Assembly: GCA_000993565.1 (NCBI GenBank)
Contig: LBWK01000002.1
Span: forward strand, 4,121 to 68,120
Direction of reading: 5' to 3'
DNA from: a candidate division WS6 bacterium GW2011_GWF2_39_15
GTDB taxonomy: Bacteria; Patescibacteriota; Dojkabacteria; SC72
DNA length: 64,000 nucleotides
The position numbers and the translations under genes are program-made. The notes under the pieces are model-generated. The model was not told where the DNA came from. It saw only the letters and a program-made list of their open reading frames with translations, and searched no databases. Of this stretch, positions 18,171 through 28,198 are shown piece after piece. Every line of letters starts with the position of its first letter. Within the stretch, counting starts at the first letter, position 1.

Positions 18171-20309
18171 CTATTTTATTTGCGAAAATGCCTCTCCAGG
18201 TTTAGCATCGCCCAGTACTCTGTAGATGCTTGTATCATTATCTCCAATTCCTAGTTCTTTTTCAGATGCAAGCATACCCTCCGATGTAATTCCGAGTAGT
18301 GTTCTGCTTTTTATTACTATTGCCTTTCCTTCTGATGTGAGTTTTGATCCAACAGGGAAATATACAACCTTATCACCTTTTTTTAGGGTAAGGTCGCTGG
18401 TTATCACTTCAGAGTTTTTCTTTCCAATGTTCACAATATAGACACCAAGTTTTTCGGAGTTAGGATGCACCCTTTTCTTTCTTATCTCTCCTACTACTAC
18501 TTGGGTGACGCCTGCCCCTGTTATGTTTTCTATAAGTTCAGCCTCATCTTCTTTCTTTAGTTCTTCAGTATATTCAAGTTTTTCGAATAGTACTTCGGTT
18601 TTTTCTATCTGAGTCCCCGCAACTATTTCAGCAAAGTTCCAATTGTTAATATATTGGGTAACAACACCCTTTTCTTCAAGCTCAATATTCTGGTCGTATT
18701 CATTTTCTATCTTTAGATATTCTCTTACCTTTTCCGATGAAAATGGGAGATATGGCTTAAGAAGTATTCTTAATGCATTAACAATCTGAATTGAATTGTA
18801 GATGGTATTTCCTGCATTCAGTCTATCGTTCTTCACTCTCTCCCATGGTGTATTGTCATTAAAGTACTTGTTTGCGAATTTGCCCAATTCGAGGATACTT
18901 TCTATTGATTGTACAAACTTGCACTCTTCAATGTTCCGACCTGTTTTCTTAAATGTAGTGTTTATCTGTTCTCTGACTTCATCGCTTAATACCCCCTGGG
19001 GTACTACTCCGTCAAACTTTGAGTTAGTGAATGTAAGAACTCGGTTGATAAAATTACCGAGGTTTGCCACCAGTTCGTTATTATTTGCATCTATAAAATC
19101 TTTCCAAATGTATTCCCGGTCATGATTTTCAGGGGCATATTTAACAAAGAAGTACCTGAGAAGATCAGGATTATATCTTTGAAGAACTGATTCAAGAGTT
19201 ATTCCTGTTTTATCACCTTTAGACATTTTCTTTCCCTTGTACATAAGCATCTTGTTAGCAGGAACATCGTACGGGAGATTTAGGGGTTTTGTAGTGGTCT
19301 CTCCTGGAAGTTTATATTTCTCGACGAGTTCAGAGTTAGCATATTTTTGATTGTAAGCAACTATTTCTGCGGGCCAGATTACAGTATGGAAAGGTACATT
19401 GCCTCCTGCAATGAAGTAGTAGTGTTTGCAGGAAGGGTCTTTCCAGAAACTTTCCCAAAGAGAAGGATCGCCCTGCTTTTGTGCCCACTCAATTGCGGCA
19501 GACAGATATCCGACAACAGCTTCAATCCACACATATACAACCTTTTCCTCCCACCCTTCTACTGGAACGGGTATTCCAAAATTCAAGTCTCTTGTAACGG
19601 CTCTTGGTTCGAGTCCCTGCTTTAACCAACCTCTTGTAAACTCACGAACCCACTTTCTCCAAGGCTCATCACTTGTTTTTACCCACTTTGATATTTCAGG
19701 CTGCAGTTTTGAGAGATTGAGGTAGAAATGGTCGGTTTTCTTTAGCTTCGGCTTAGAATCCGAAAGCGTACTATACGGATCAATTAAATCTTCAGGATTC
19801 AGATATGCTCCGCACTCCGGACACTCATCCCCCCGGGCGTTTTGAGCTCCGCATTTGGGGCAAGTACCTCTTACATATCTGTCTGGGAGATATCTTTTAA
19901 CTTTTGAATCATAATACTGTTCGGACTGCTTTACCTCTAGATATCCAAGTTCCTTTAGTGCCAGAAAGATGTTTTGTACAACGGTTTTGTGATTCTCGGT
20001 TGTAGTTTTTGTGTAGTTCTCATACAAGAGTCCAAGTTTTTTGAATGTTTTGACAATTTCCTGATGTGCTTCCTCTGCATATTTTGCAGGTGTTGTTCCT
20101 ACCTCTTCCGCCTTAAATATTACAGGAGCTCCATGGCTGTCGCTTCCCGAAACCATAAGAACTCTATTTCCTTTAAGTCTGTGATATCTGGCAAACACAT
20201 CTGTTACGATATTCTGTCCTGCCAAATGTCCAAGGTGAATATTCCCGTTGGCATAAGGCCAAGACACTCCTATAAATATTTTTTCTTGCTTTGAGTTCGC
20301 AACTTGCAT
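18171..20309 (-). CDS. metG: Methionine--tRNA ligase with C-terminal OB-fold tRNA-binding domain
   Basis: WPYANGNIHLGH, SGSDSHG, CPKC/CPEC knuckle, YVWIEA, KMSKG; likely ATG at 20309, 6 nt after TATAAT. Confidence 0.96.
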   Translation of the reverse strand: MQVANSKQEKIFIGVSWPYANGNIHLGHLAGQNIVTDVFARYHRLKGNRVLMVSGSDSHGAPVIFKAEEVGTTPAKYAEEAHQEIVKTFKKLGLLYENYTKTTTENHKTVVQNIFLALKELGYLEVKQSEQYYDSKVKRYLPDRYVRGTCPKCGAQNARGDECPECGAYLNPEDLIDPYSTLSDSKPKLKKTDHFYLNLSKLQPEISKWVKTSDEPWRKWVREFTRGWLKQGLEPRAVTRDLNFGIPVPVEGWEEKVVYVWIEAVVGYLSAAIEWAQKQGDPSLWESFWKDPSCKHYYFIAGGNVPFHTVIWPAEIVAYNQKYANSELVEKYKLPGETTTKPLNLPYDVPANKMLMYKGKKMSKGDKTGITLESVLQRYNPDLLRYFFVKYAPENHDREYIWKDFIDANNNELVANLGNFINRVLTFTNSKFDGVVPQGVLSDEVREQINTTFKKTGRNIEECKFVQSIESILELGKFANKYFNDNTPWERVKNDRLNAGNTIYNSIQIVNALRILLKPYLPFSSEKVREYLKIENEYDQNIELEEKGVVTQYINNWNFAEIVAGTQIEKTEVLFEKLEYTEELKKEDEAELIENITGAGVTQVVVGEIRKKRVHPNSEKLGVYIVNIGKKNSEVITSDLTLKKGDKVVYFPVGSKLTSEGKAIVIKSRTLLGITSEGMLASEKELGIGDNDTSIYRVLGDAKPGEAFSQIK

Positions 20310-20366
20310 AATCGCATTATACAATATATTCTGTTATAGTAGCTATTAAGATAGTTTTACTGCCCA

Positions 20367-20933
20367 ATGTCAGTCAAAAGCAAAAAAACAATTAACCTGT
20401 TGGACTCAATAGGAACCCCAAGTGATACATGGACGGCGATTTACCTTTGGGTCTTTAACATCGGAAGATACATAATGCTAGGCATCGAAATCGTTGTTCT
20501 GGCAGTTTTCTTCTCAAGGTTCGTACTTGATAAACAGAACCATGATTTAACAGAAGAGATAAATGATAAAACAGTTATTCTGTCTAACAAGGCTTTTAGA
20601 GACGATGAGGTTAGGTATCGGAACTTGCAAACCCTGCTTTCCGATGTAACGACATTAAGTGAAGACCAGCCCCTTAATTCCGAACAGATCTCTGCTTTGA
20701 CAAGTGCTGTTCCTAATGGATTAACACTTGATAAATTTGCTTTTTCAGATACCAAAGTTTCCATGTCCCTGCTTGGTAGTAAGCTTAATGTGATAAAGGA
20801 TTATGAGTTTTCACTTAGACAGAATCCTAGGTATAAAAATGTTAATTTCACGGTTTCCAGATCAGGTATTAACAAAACCGATTTCGATGTATCAGTATCG
20901 TTTGCGTTAAACTTTGAAGAGGATCAGAAATAA
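20367..20933 (+). CDS. Type IV pilus assembly protein PilN-like
   Basis: INLL motif at the N-terminus, TM, coiled coil, VP.G..L ferredoxin-like domain. Confidence 0.75.
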   Translation: MSVKSKKTINLLDSIGTPSDTWTAIYLWVFNIGRYIMLGIEIVVLAVFFSRFVLDKQNHDLTEEINDKTVILSNKAFRDDEVRYRNLQTLLSDVTTLSEDQPLNSEQISALTSAVPNGLTLDKFAFSDTKVSMSLLGSKLNVIKDYEFSLRQNPRYKNVNFTVSRSGINKTDFDVSVSFALNFEEDQK

Positions 20934-21532
20934 TGGCAAGTTCAAAGGGGATAGACTACTTAAAAATTATTAACGGTTCTGTTCAGAGTAAAACGTATAG
21001 TTTTGTTATCTTTACTGTGATTGTTGTTATAGTACTTTTGATTGGTGCCGTTAGGCCGACACTTCTTACGATTACTAAGATAAATAAAGATATCAAAGAG
21101 AAAAAGCTTATAAACACTCAGCTTGATACGAAACTTCAGAATCTTTCAACACTAAGTAACCAATACGGTAGTATTAAGAGTGATGCTGATACTCTGCCTC
21201 TAATGTTTCCGACACAGGGTAATTTCAGTCTGTTCATGTCTAATATTGAGGAAATATCAAAAGCTAACGGATTTACCCTAAATGGAATCAATTTTAATAA
21301 GAATGATGATTTTATAATGAAGTTGAAAGTGCTAAAGCCATGGAGTGCGAGAATTACCGTTTCAGGTAAAAAGGCTAATATTATAAAGTTGTTAAAAGCT
21401 TATGAATCAATGCCAATGTACCCTGTTGTTAATCAGCTATCATATAGCAATAAGCAGGATGAGAGTAATCAGACAACGTTTAGTATTAATCTAATCGTTT
21501 TTCGAATTGATGATCCAAATTTTTATAATTAG
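20933..21532 (+). CDS. Type IV pilus assembly protein PilO-like
   Basis: TM then AVRPT, coiled coil, P.......IEEIS...G..L; TAATG coupling to pilN-like gene. Confidence 0.75.
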   Translation: MASSKGIDYLKIINGSVQSKTYSFVIFTVIVVIVLLIGAVRPTLLTITKINKDIKEKKLINTQLDTKLQNLSTLSNQYGSIKSDADTLPLMFPTQGNFSLFMSNIEEISKANGFTLNGINFNKNDDFIMKLKVLKPWSARITVSGKKANIIKLLKAYESMPMYPVVNQLSYSNKQDESNQTTFSINLIVFRIDDPNFYN

Positions 21533-21537
21533 TAGCT

Positions 21538-21777
21538 ATGAAAACTAATGCAATGCCGATTCTCGTGCTTCTTTTGATTGTGGCGGTTGTCTGGATAGTA
21601 TTTAGCGTATATTTTAACAGTAATGAACTGGATATTGACCCGAATGCAACCAGCTATATGCAGCATATTAATCCAAGCTTCTTAACCGATGGTTTAGATG
21701 ATTTAGCCAAAAGGAGCGAAAAGAATCTTCCAGTGTCTCCTTCCGAGTTTCTTAATCTTGTTGCAGACGAAAAATAG
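21538..21777 (+). CDS. Small single-TM protein of the pilN/pilO operon
   Basis: 79 aa, N-terminal TM, co-oriented 5 nt downstream. Confidence 0.6.
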   Translation: MKTNAMPILVLLLIVAVVWIVFSVYFNSNELDIDPNATSYMQHINPSFLTDGLDDLAKRSEKNLPVSPSEFLNLVADEK

Positions 21778-21778
21778 A

Positions 21779-22870
21779 CTAGCTGCTTATGTAGTTGTTC
21801 AACTTCTTTGCAGATGATTTCTCTTTGAGCTTTTTTAACGCCTTTGCCTCAATTTGTCTAATTCTTTCTCTTGTTACACCAAACTCCTTTCCTACCTCTT
21901 CAAGAGTTCGGGTTACGCCATCTTCAAGTCCGAATCTCAATGAGAGCACTCTTCTCTCTCTTTCTTGGAGGGAATCGAGAATCTCGTGAATCTGGTTTTT
22001 TAAATACTCAAGAGTTGCATATTCCTCAGGTGATTGTGACCAGTCATCGGGAATAATGTCTAAAAGCTGACTATCTTTTTCGTCGCCAATAGGAGTCTGG
22101 AGAGAGGACGGATTTTGTGAAATCTTTTTAATTTCAACAACCTTCTCGGTTTCGATATCCATCTCTTTAGCTATCTCTTCGTCTGTAGGCTTTCTTCCAA
22201 GCTTGGTAGTCAAGGTTGCATTAACCTTGTTAAATTTGTTTATCGTTTCAATCATGTGTACTGGTATACGAATGGTTCTAGCCTGGTCTGCAATTGCTCT
22301 GGTAATTGCTTGTCTTATCCACCATGTTGCGTATGTTGAGAATTTGAAACCTCTCTGGTAGTCAAACTTTTCTACAGCCCTCATTAATCCCATATTACCC
22401 TCCTGTATAAGGTCAAGGAGCTCCAGGCCGCTCTTGGCATACTTCTTGGCAATACTTACAACAAGCCTCAAGTTTGCAGTGATGAGTAGCTGTGAGGCTT
22501 CTCTATCACCAGCCTCAAGTCTCTTTGCAAGGATAACTTCTTCTTCTCCCGTGAGTAGAGGAATCTTTCCTATCTCGTACAAGTATGACCTGATTGCATC
22601 TGTTGAGAGATTGGATTGAATAGTTTTCAAAATACGGATTTTCTTTTCTAGGGTGAGTTCCTCTCCCGAAGGCCCGCGTCTCTCCTCTTCCTCAGCCTCA
22701 ATTACCTCTATACCTTCCTGCTGTAATTTTTGGAATACACTATCTACAAGTTCAATATCCTCTTCTAAAGTGGGTAATTGGTTTAAAATATCGTCTTGTG
22801 TAAGAAACCCCTGCTCCAGGCCTTTTTCAATTAACTTCTTAATTGCGGTCTGATTGCTGTCTGCCTTCAT
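21779..22870 (-). CDS. rpoD: RNA polymerase primary sigma factor
   Basis: [81 protein letters not shown]. Confidence 0.97.
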   Translation of the reverse strand: MKADSNQTAIKKLIEKGLEQGFLTQDDILNQLPTLEEDIELVDSVFQKLQQEGIEVIEAEEEERRGPSGEELTLEKKIRILKTIQSNLSTDAIRSYLYEIGKIPLLTGEEEVILAKRLEAGDREASQLLITANLRLVVSIAKKYAKSGLELLDLIQEGNMGLMRAVEKFDYQRGFKFSTYATWWIRQAITRAIADQARTIRIPVHMIETINKFNKVNATLTTKLGRKPTDEEIAKEMDIETEKVVEIKKISQNPSSLQTPIGDEKDSQLLDIIPDDWSQSPEEYATLEYLKNQIHEILDSLQERERRVLSLRFGLEDGVTRTLEEVGKEFGVTRERIRQIEAKALKKLKEKSSAKKLNNYISS

Positions 22871-22896
22871 CTTTTTGACTATGGTATAATTTATAT

Positions 22897-23253
22897 ATGG
22901 TAAAAAATAGGGTCAGTAAAAATAAAGAGAAAATTTCAAAAGATAATCTTAACTTCTTTATTGAGGCTATAGCCAGGTTTTGTGATAAATGCGGAACCCC
23001 TTATAGTGTCGATAATTTGCAAATTATTCAAGATAATGATTTCTCGAGCATTATACACTTCTCTTGTAATAATTGTAAATCCCGCCATATTGCAACGTTC
23101 GTAAAGCCTATAGGTGTAAGTAGCAGAATGCCTGTAAATAGCGACCTCTCTGTCGATGAGATAGCTAAGTTTGCTAAGTATAATGAAGTCCCTGCTGACG
23201 ACATATTATCAGTCTATACTCTCCTTTCAAAGAATCCTGTGATAAAGCTTTAG
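22897..23253 (+). CDS. Small zinc-ribbon protein
   Basis: CDKC...CNNC pairs; leaderless after TGgTATAAT; divergent from rpoD. Confidence 0.7.
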   Translation: MVKNRVSKNKEKISKDNLNFFIEAIARFCDKCGTPYSVDNLQIIQDNDFSSIIHFSCNNCKSRHIATFVKPIGVSSRMPVNSDLSVDEIAKFAKYNEVPADDILSVYTLLSKNPVIKL

Positions 23254-23255
23254 AG

Positions 23256-26200
23256 TTATTTTGTATTCCAAATAATATTGTATTTCAGATCCGAAGTGAG
23301 TTTGGTCTGGCTTAGTAACTGATTTAGTACACCGTCCATCGTGTCATTATTCACAACTGCCCAGGTATCCGGGTATGTAATGTTGATTGAGGTTGGGTCA
23401 TCAAACGTTCCGGGTTGTTTATAGATGTTGAGTGCAAGACTTATATCCTCATTATTAACTGTAATAGGTTTGTAAGTACTGTTTTTGCCTATATTGTATT
23501 TAATTTCAAAATTTCTGGATGATTGAATTGGTACATTAAGCCATCCGCCGATAACCTTGTACCCTTTTTCTAAATATATCTGGTAATCGCTGTCACTAAA
23601 TCCTTTAACGGATTTTATCTGAGCATTTTCCGGCATATAGACTCTAAGGTAGTTTGAATAATCTCCCTGAGGATATATCTTGGAAGTTGCAGTGTTTCTT
23701 ATTGCAAGTTGATATGTATAATCAACGCTTTCGGTATCGAAAATATCTATATTTATGGATCTGCTCCTCTCAATCTTATTATTTACCTTATTAGCTCCCC
23801 AGTTCCATTCAATTGAGAACGGAGCGGACTTGTAATCATTGAGAAGTGTTCCTGACCATCCATTTTCACTTAGATATTCAAAAGCATCGCGGTTTTTAAG
23901 GTATATATTTAAATGCTTCTGTTCTAGTGAATCCATCACTACCGTACTAATTTTTGAATATTCAGGGACTTCAGCTGTTAGAAGTTTCTGGAGGGATGTG
24001 TTTGCCAGGTTAGCAAGAAATGGAGCTTTAAGACTTTCCCCCGGCTTAAACTCTTTATGAAGAGCCGATATCTTGTCATCAAGATTATCTGCAGTAATTG
24101 GCTGAGTTTCTCCCGGAATTATTACCTCGCCCCATACTCCGAGAAGACTTTTCAGAACTTCCGTGTCTATGGTTATAACTCCGTCAATTTTAACTCCCGG
24201 GTCAATTTCGTTGAGTAGTTTTTCATCTAGATCCGACACCCCTTTAAGATCCGGATCCCAGTTAGATAGTGAAAAGGTTTGAAGATCAACCCCAAGGGCA
24301 CGTTTCATCGAGAGAGGTGTCGACATCTTTATATCTGCATTGATAAGTTCACCGTCAATATTGTAGATATCATCTACTTTTAGTTCTCTTATCTGTCCCC
24401 CTTCAAATGCAACAAGCGCATAGCTTGACGGCCACCCTCCGGTGCTTCTTAGTTCCGCAGGATTCTGAAGCAGTATTAGATATCGTACCCGTTGTTCAAT
24501 TCCCAATATGTCAGGAAGAAATGTGACAACTTTTTCCAATGGAATTATCTGTTCTCCTAGTTGGTCATTATATGATTTTAACTGGGCGATATAGTTTTGT
24601 AGTGATACAGGAAAAGTATTTGTCTTTACTGTATCAATTAAATCTGAAGCTATATTTAAATCGTAGACACCTTTTTGGAGGAGGGATCTGTTCTGTTTAA
24701 GTGACACAAGATAGTCTCGATACTCACGGCTTGATGATGGAAGAGTATTTTGAAAGTTCAAAGCGGGTTTGAAGTTCGTGAGATACATGGCAAGCGGCTC
24801 AACTGCGGAAGCGACATCCTTTGCACCACTTACTGCGTACTGTGAGGCAAATATCAGCTGAGATACATTATCGTAGGTGTCCTGTGCTCCTGTAACGGCA
24901 AACATCCACTTTGTTCTGCCAAAAGCCCCGCTTACCTTGTCAATATACTCCTCGGATTTCTCCAAGCTTTTTTCTGCTTTGGTTAGTTCCAGTTGAGAGG
25001 CTTGTTCCTTGGCTGCCATCAGGTTTTTATAGGCAAGATATCCTCCTGCTGATACTGTGAGTATTGGGTAGAGCACAAAGATGATGAAGAGGAATGCAGC
25101 AATCCCTATTATAACCAGTTGAGCAATTTTCCCTTTGGTCAGGCTACCTTTGAACTTTTCCCAGCTGTTAGTGGAGGATCTTGTTAATAGCTTGAATGGA
25201 CGGGATAGAATATCAAAAAAGTCGCCAAGCGGAGTCTTTACACTTTTCACCCTGATAGTTTCTTCGGATTTCTCTTGAGGGGCTGGTTTCTCAAGGCTCT
25301 TTTTTATTATTTGACCTGTTTTAGGGTACAGCGTTTCTATTGTCTCTACTATTGACTGCTCTAATGTAATAGCCTGTTTCCAGCCGTAGTTGCTGGCATT
25401 TGGAGCCGGTGTGTAGTGTTCAAAGCTTATGTATTCCTCTTTATTGGTTGCCGGTCCGAATTTAATCTCGCTTATTTCGGGATTTATCTCCAGAAGCTTG
25501 TAGGCGAGAGAGAGGGTAGTATAGTCGTGATTATTGGCAAGAGATATAACTTCCCCCTCCGTTTGAGAAGAGAAGGTGAGCTTAAGTATTCCGTATATAG
25601 CATCGTCGATATTGAGAAGGTAGTGAAGCTCAAGTCCTTCACCGGCAATTGTGATATATCCTCTGTTTGAGCTTTCAGAAATCATATCATTGAGTATGGG
25701 ATCCCGCAGGGTTTCGATTTCAGTACCAAGAAGTGTTCCCAGCCGGATTATTCTTGCGTTGAGCTTGGATTTATCCCTGTATTCCGCTGTCAAAGTCTCA
25801 CAATATTTCTGAAGCTCAATGGCTGAGTATGGTGACGGAGCAGATAGATTATTATTAAGAATATGGGCTGACAGCTGTTCGTTAAGCTTGATTGTTGTTA
25901 TCAGAGCAAACTTTGAATCGCTTTTCTGTGAAGCCTTCAAAGTGTGGTTCAGGTAATTGGACTCCTCCAAAAAATCTTTGCTAGAGAAGCTTCTTTGAAT
26001 ATTCAGGTATTCTTCAAGAATGTAGTATACATAATCAATTCTATTTATGGTTTTAAATAGGGACTCGATTCCAGTAAAGTCTATGAAGTCGGCTGTTCCG
26101 AGTTTTTTGAGCTCGGAAATATACTTTTTAGACTCCGAGTTGAAGTGGTCAACAATAATTACCTTTCCTCCTTGTTCAAGGAGTGTTTTAGCAAGCTTGA

Positions 26201-26276
26201 ATCCTAATGGATTTCCTCCATGGACTAGGAGGGAGACAGTAGTACTTAATTTTACGTCGCTATATTTGCTTGCCAT
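23256..26276 (-). CDS. NAD-dependent epimerase/SDR-like domain fused via TM to DUF4012 domain
   Basis: N-terminal Rossmann-like LVHGGNPLG...IIVD; TM; YLILLQNPAELRSTGG, D.Y.IDG, SNWDPD, IDGVITID, NWGANK, YLRVY.P, KQPG motifs of DUF4012 proteins. Confidence 0.8.
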   Translation of the reverse strand: MASKYSDVKLSTTVSLLVHGGNPLGFKLAKTLLEQGGKVIIVDHFNSESKKYISELKKLGTADFIDFTGIESLFKTINRIDYVYYILEEYLNIQRSFSSKDFLEESNYLNHTLKASQKSDSKFALITTIKLNEQLSAHILNNNLSAPSPYSAIELQKYCETLTAEYRDKSKLNARIIRLGTLLGTEIETLRDPILNDMISESSNRGYITIAGEGLELHYLLNIDDAIYGILKLTFSSQTEGEVISLANNHDYTTLSLAYKLLEINPEISEIKFGPATNKEEYISFEHYTPAPNASNYGWKQAITLEQSIVETIETLYPKTGQIIKKSLEKPAPQEKSEETIRVKSVKTPLGDFFDILSRPFKLLTRSSTNSWEKFKGSLTKGKIAQLVIIGIAAFLFIIFVLYPILTVSAGGYLAYKNLMAAKEQASQLELTKAEKSLEKSEEYIDKVSGAFGRTKWMFAVTGAQDTYDNVSQLIFASQYAVSGAKDVASAVEPLAMYLTNFKPALNFQNTLPSSSREYRDYLVSLKQNRSLLQKGVYDLNIASDLIDTVKTNTFPVSLQNYIAQLKSYNDQLGEQIIPLEKVVTFLPDILGIEQRVRYLILLQNPAELRSTGGWPSSYALVAFEGGQIRELKVDDIYNIDGELINADIKMSTPLSMKRALGVDLQTFSLSNWDPDLKGVSDLDEKLLNEIDPGVKIDGVITIDTEVLKSLLGVWGEVIIPGETQPITADNLDDKISALHKEFKPGESLKAPFLANLANTSLQKLLTAEVPEYSKISTVVMDSLEQKHLNIYLKNRDAFEYLSENGWSGTLLNDYKSAPFSIEWNWGANKVNNKIERSRSINIDIFDTESVDYTYQLAIRNTATSKIYPQGDYSNYLRVYMPENAQIKSVKGFSDSDYQIYLEKGYKVIGGWLNVPIQSSRNFEIKYNIGKNSTYKPITVNNEDISLALNIYKQPGTFDDPTSINITYPDTWAVVNNDTMDGVLNQLLSQTKLTSDLKYNIIWNTK

Positions 26277-26914
26277 TATTTGCTCTCCTTTATCTCTATA
26301 GGTATCGGGAATAGATAGGCTTTGACATTTAAGTTATACCCTTCTTCCACAACAATTGGAAACTCCAGATCTTCATATCCTGATTTATTAATTTTCAATG
26401 TGTATGACTTCGGATTTGCAAGGTATGCATTTATTGGGGCTCTGCTTGCATATTCACCGTCAATATAGACAGTGGCCTCTTCGGGTTCCGTCGTAACACT
26501 GAGGTATCCTTTATCATTGTTTTTTGGAGATTCAGTGTAGTATAGAATATATCCCGAAGTGATGTTTTCAGGGGCAATTTCAAGGTCAATGATAGCTTCG
26601 GTATTTCTTTCCAGTTCTATTTGCACAAATCTGTCTTCGTAGGCATCTGTTACATCAGATACTCTTTTGAGCCTGAATCGATACTCTCCCGGTTTTAGAT
26701 CTGATATTGTAACGGGGGTTTCTCCATAGCTTTTAGACTCAAGGAACACTTCAGCCTTCCCTTTCCTTGCGGTGATTGTAACTGTTGTATTGTTATAGAA
26801 TTGGTTTAAGTATGGGATTTGTGACACTAGCTTTTCAAAGGGTACGAAAAGTGCCGCTACTATTATTAGCACAGCAAGAACTATGAGTATTGTGGCAGTT
26901 TTTAAACTCGGCAT
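26276..26914 (-). CDS. PEGA domain-containing membrane-anchored protein
   Basis: N-terminal TM; A.VFL....YGETP...L.PGEY and SVTTEPE.A.VYIDG...K.GY repeats. Confidence 0.85.
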   Translation of the reverse strand: MPSLKTATILIVLAVLIIVAALFVPFEKLVSQIPYLNQFYNNTTVTITARKGKAEVFLESKSYGETPVTISDLKPGEYRFRLKRVSDVTDAYEDRFVQIELERNTEAIIDLEIAPENITSGYILYYTESPKNNDKGYLSVTTEPEEATVYIDGEYASRAPINAYLANPKSYTLKINKSGYEDLEFPIVVEEGYNLNVKAYLFPIPIEIKESK

Positions 26915-26956
26915 ATTTTGATTATATGCTAGCCAATACGCTATGTCTACAAGATA

Positions 26957-28198
26957 TTAGTATGAGTATTTGGATTCCGGCGATTGAGCCTTTGATTTTT
27001 TGAGTGCTTCTTCCTTCTTGATTCTGGCTTTTTGGTTGATATAGATTATTCCGACAAGCAAAAGGAAAATTGTGAAAAGAAGAATGAAAAATTTGTAGGC
27101 ACCGGTTGTAAGGACGGCGATTAATCCAAATAGCATAGAGATTGAAGCTTCAATTAAAAGTATTTGGAGAGGAGAAAGGTTCATACTGTATAACTGATGA
27201 TGCAGATGAGAAGTATCATTGATTCTCATTAGTTCAATCAGATTCTTCGGCCTGTATTTTATATAACGGGAAACAAGTACATAGATAGCATCGATTAATG
27301 GAAGAGCAAGGATCATTATGGTGGTGGCAACCTTTGCCCCGTTGACGAGAGATAGGACGGCAATAATAAAACCATACATTGTTTTCCCAGTCGATCCGGT
27401 AAAAATCTTTGCAGGAGGCAGGTTGTAGATCATTGATCCTGCTATACCACCAATCATAACTATTGAAACAACCACAAGAAACGAGTTCCCTGTTCTTATT
27501 CCGAGAATAAAGAGGAGTAAATAAGCAACGATCATATTTCCTTCCAGCAGACCTCCAATTCCTCCAACCCATTTAGTTGCGTTGGTACAAAGCACAATCC
27601 AGGCGATTATAAGCAAGTCTCCGGGAAATACAAACCGCCATGCAATATTTAGAAAACTTGTGCTCCATTGCCACCAGTTTAAGTCCAGGGATCCGCCGAA
27701 TGGATTGTTAATATAAGAGAGATCAATTACAGAAGCGGCTATTATTATACTTGCAATCAACTGTGTCGCAAGCTGTATTGAAGGTAACAGGTTGTAAGTA
27801 TCATCTAAGAAGCCTGATACAAGGAGGAGTAGGCAGACAATTAAAAATGGTGTAAGGATATTTGATGAACCTAGAAATAAAGGGAGAGCAAGTAGGAGAG
27901 GAATTATAACTGCAATTCCTCCTAAAGCTGGTGTTATATCCTTGTGAATATGCTTTTCAGCGTTATCGTAAGGGTTTTTCTCCGCTTTTCTGGCCTTTCC
28001 CGGAAAATAAACGGCTTTTAATTTGAGTGCAAGTCTACCAACTAGAGGAGTTAGAATAAGGGAAAGTAGAAAAAATATTCCAAGCACCGGCAGAAATTGA
28101 AAGTACTTGAAGTAAACTTCAGGCACATTGGGTAGCATATCGGGCTTTAGTAGGAGGCTCTTCAGTAACAAGGTCGTTCCCTCAAGTATTCCGTTCAT
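26957..28198 (-). CDS. MraY/WecA (PNPT, Glycos_transf_4) family polyprenyl-phosphate sugar-phosphate transferase homolog
   Basis: TPALGG, GFLDD, YNLPPAKIF.G, LPLID, HLHHQL motifs; several catalytic Asp replaced. Confidence 0.85.
   Translation of the reverse strand: MNGILEGTTLLLKSLLLKPDMLPNVPEVYFKYFQFLPVLGIFFLLSLILTPLVGRLALKLKAVYFPGKARKAEKNPYDNAEKHIHKDITPALGGIAVIIPLLLALPLFLGSSNILTPFLIVCLLLLVSGFLDDTYNLLPSIQLATQLIASIIIAASVIDLSYINNPFGGSLDLNWWQWSTSFLNIAWRFVFPGDLLIIAWIVLCTNATKWVGGIGGLLEGNMIVAYLLLFILGIRTGNSFLVVVSIVMIGGIAGSMIYNLPPAKIFTGSTGKTMYGFIIAVLSLVNGAKVATTIMILALPLIDAIYVLVSRYIKYRPKNLIELMRINDTSHLHHQLYSMNLSPLQILLIEASISMLFGLIAVLTTGAYKFFILLFTIFLLLVGIIYINQKARIKKEEALKKSKAQSPESKYSY

Noticed and set aside
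20310-20366. T-box or SAM riboswitch upstream of metG
   Set aside because: Only 57 nt are available and a -10 box lies 6 nt before the ATG, indicating a leaderless transcript.
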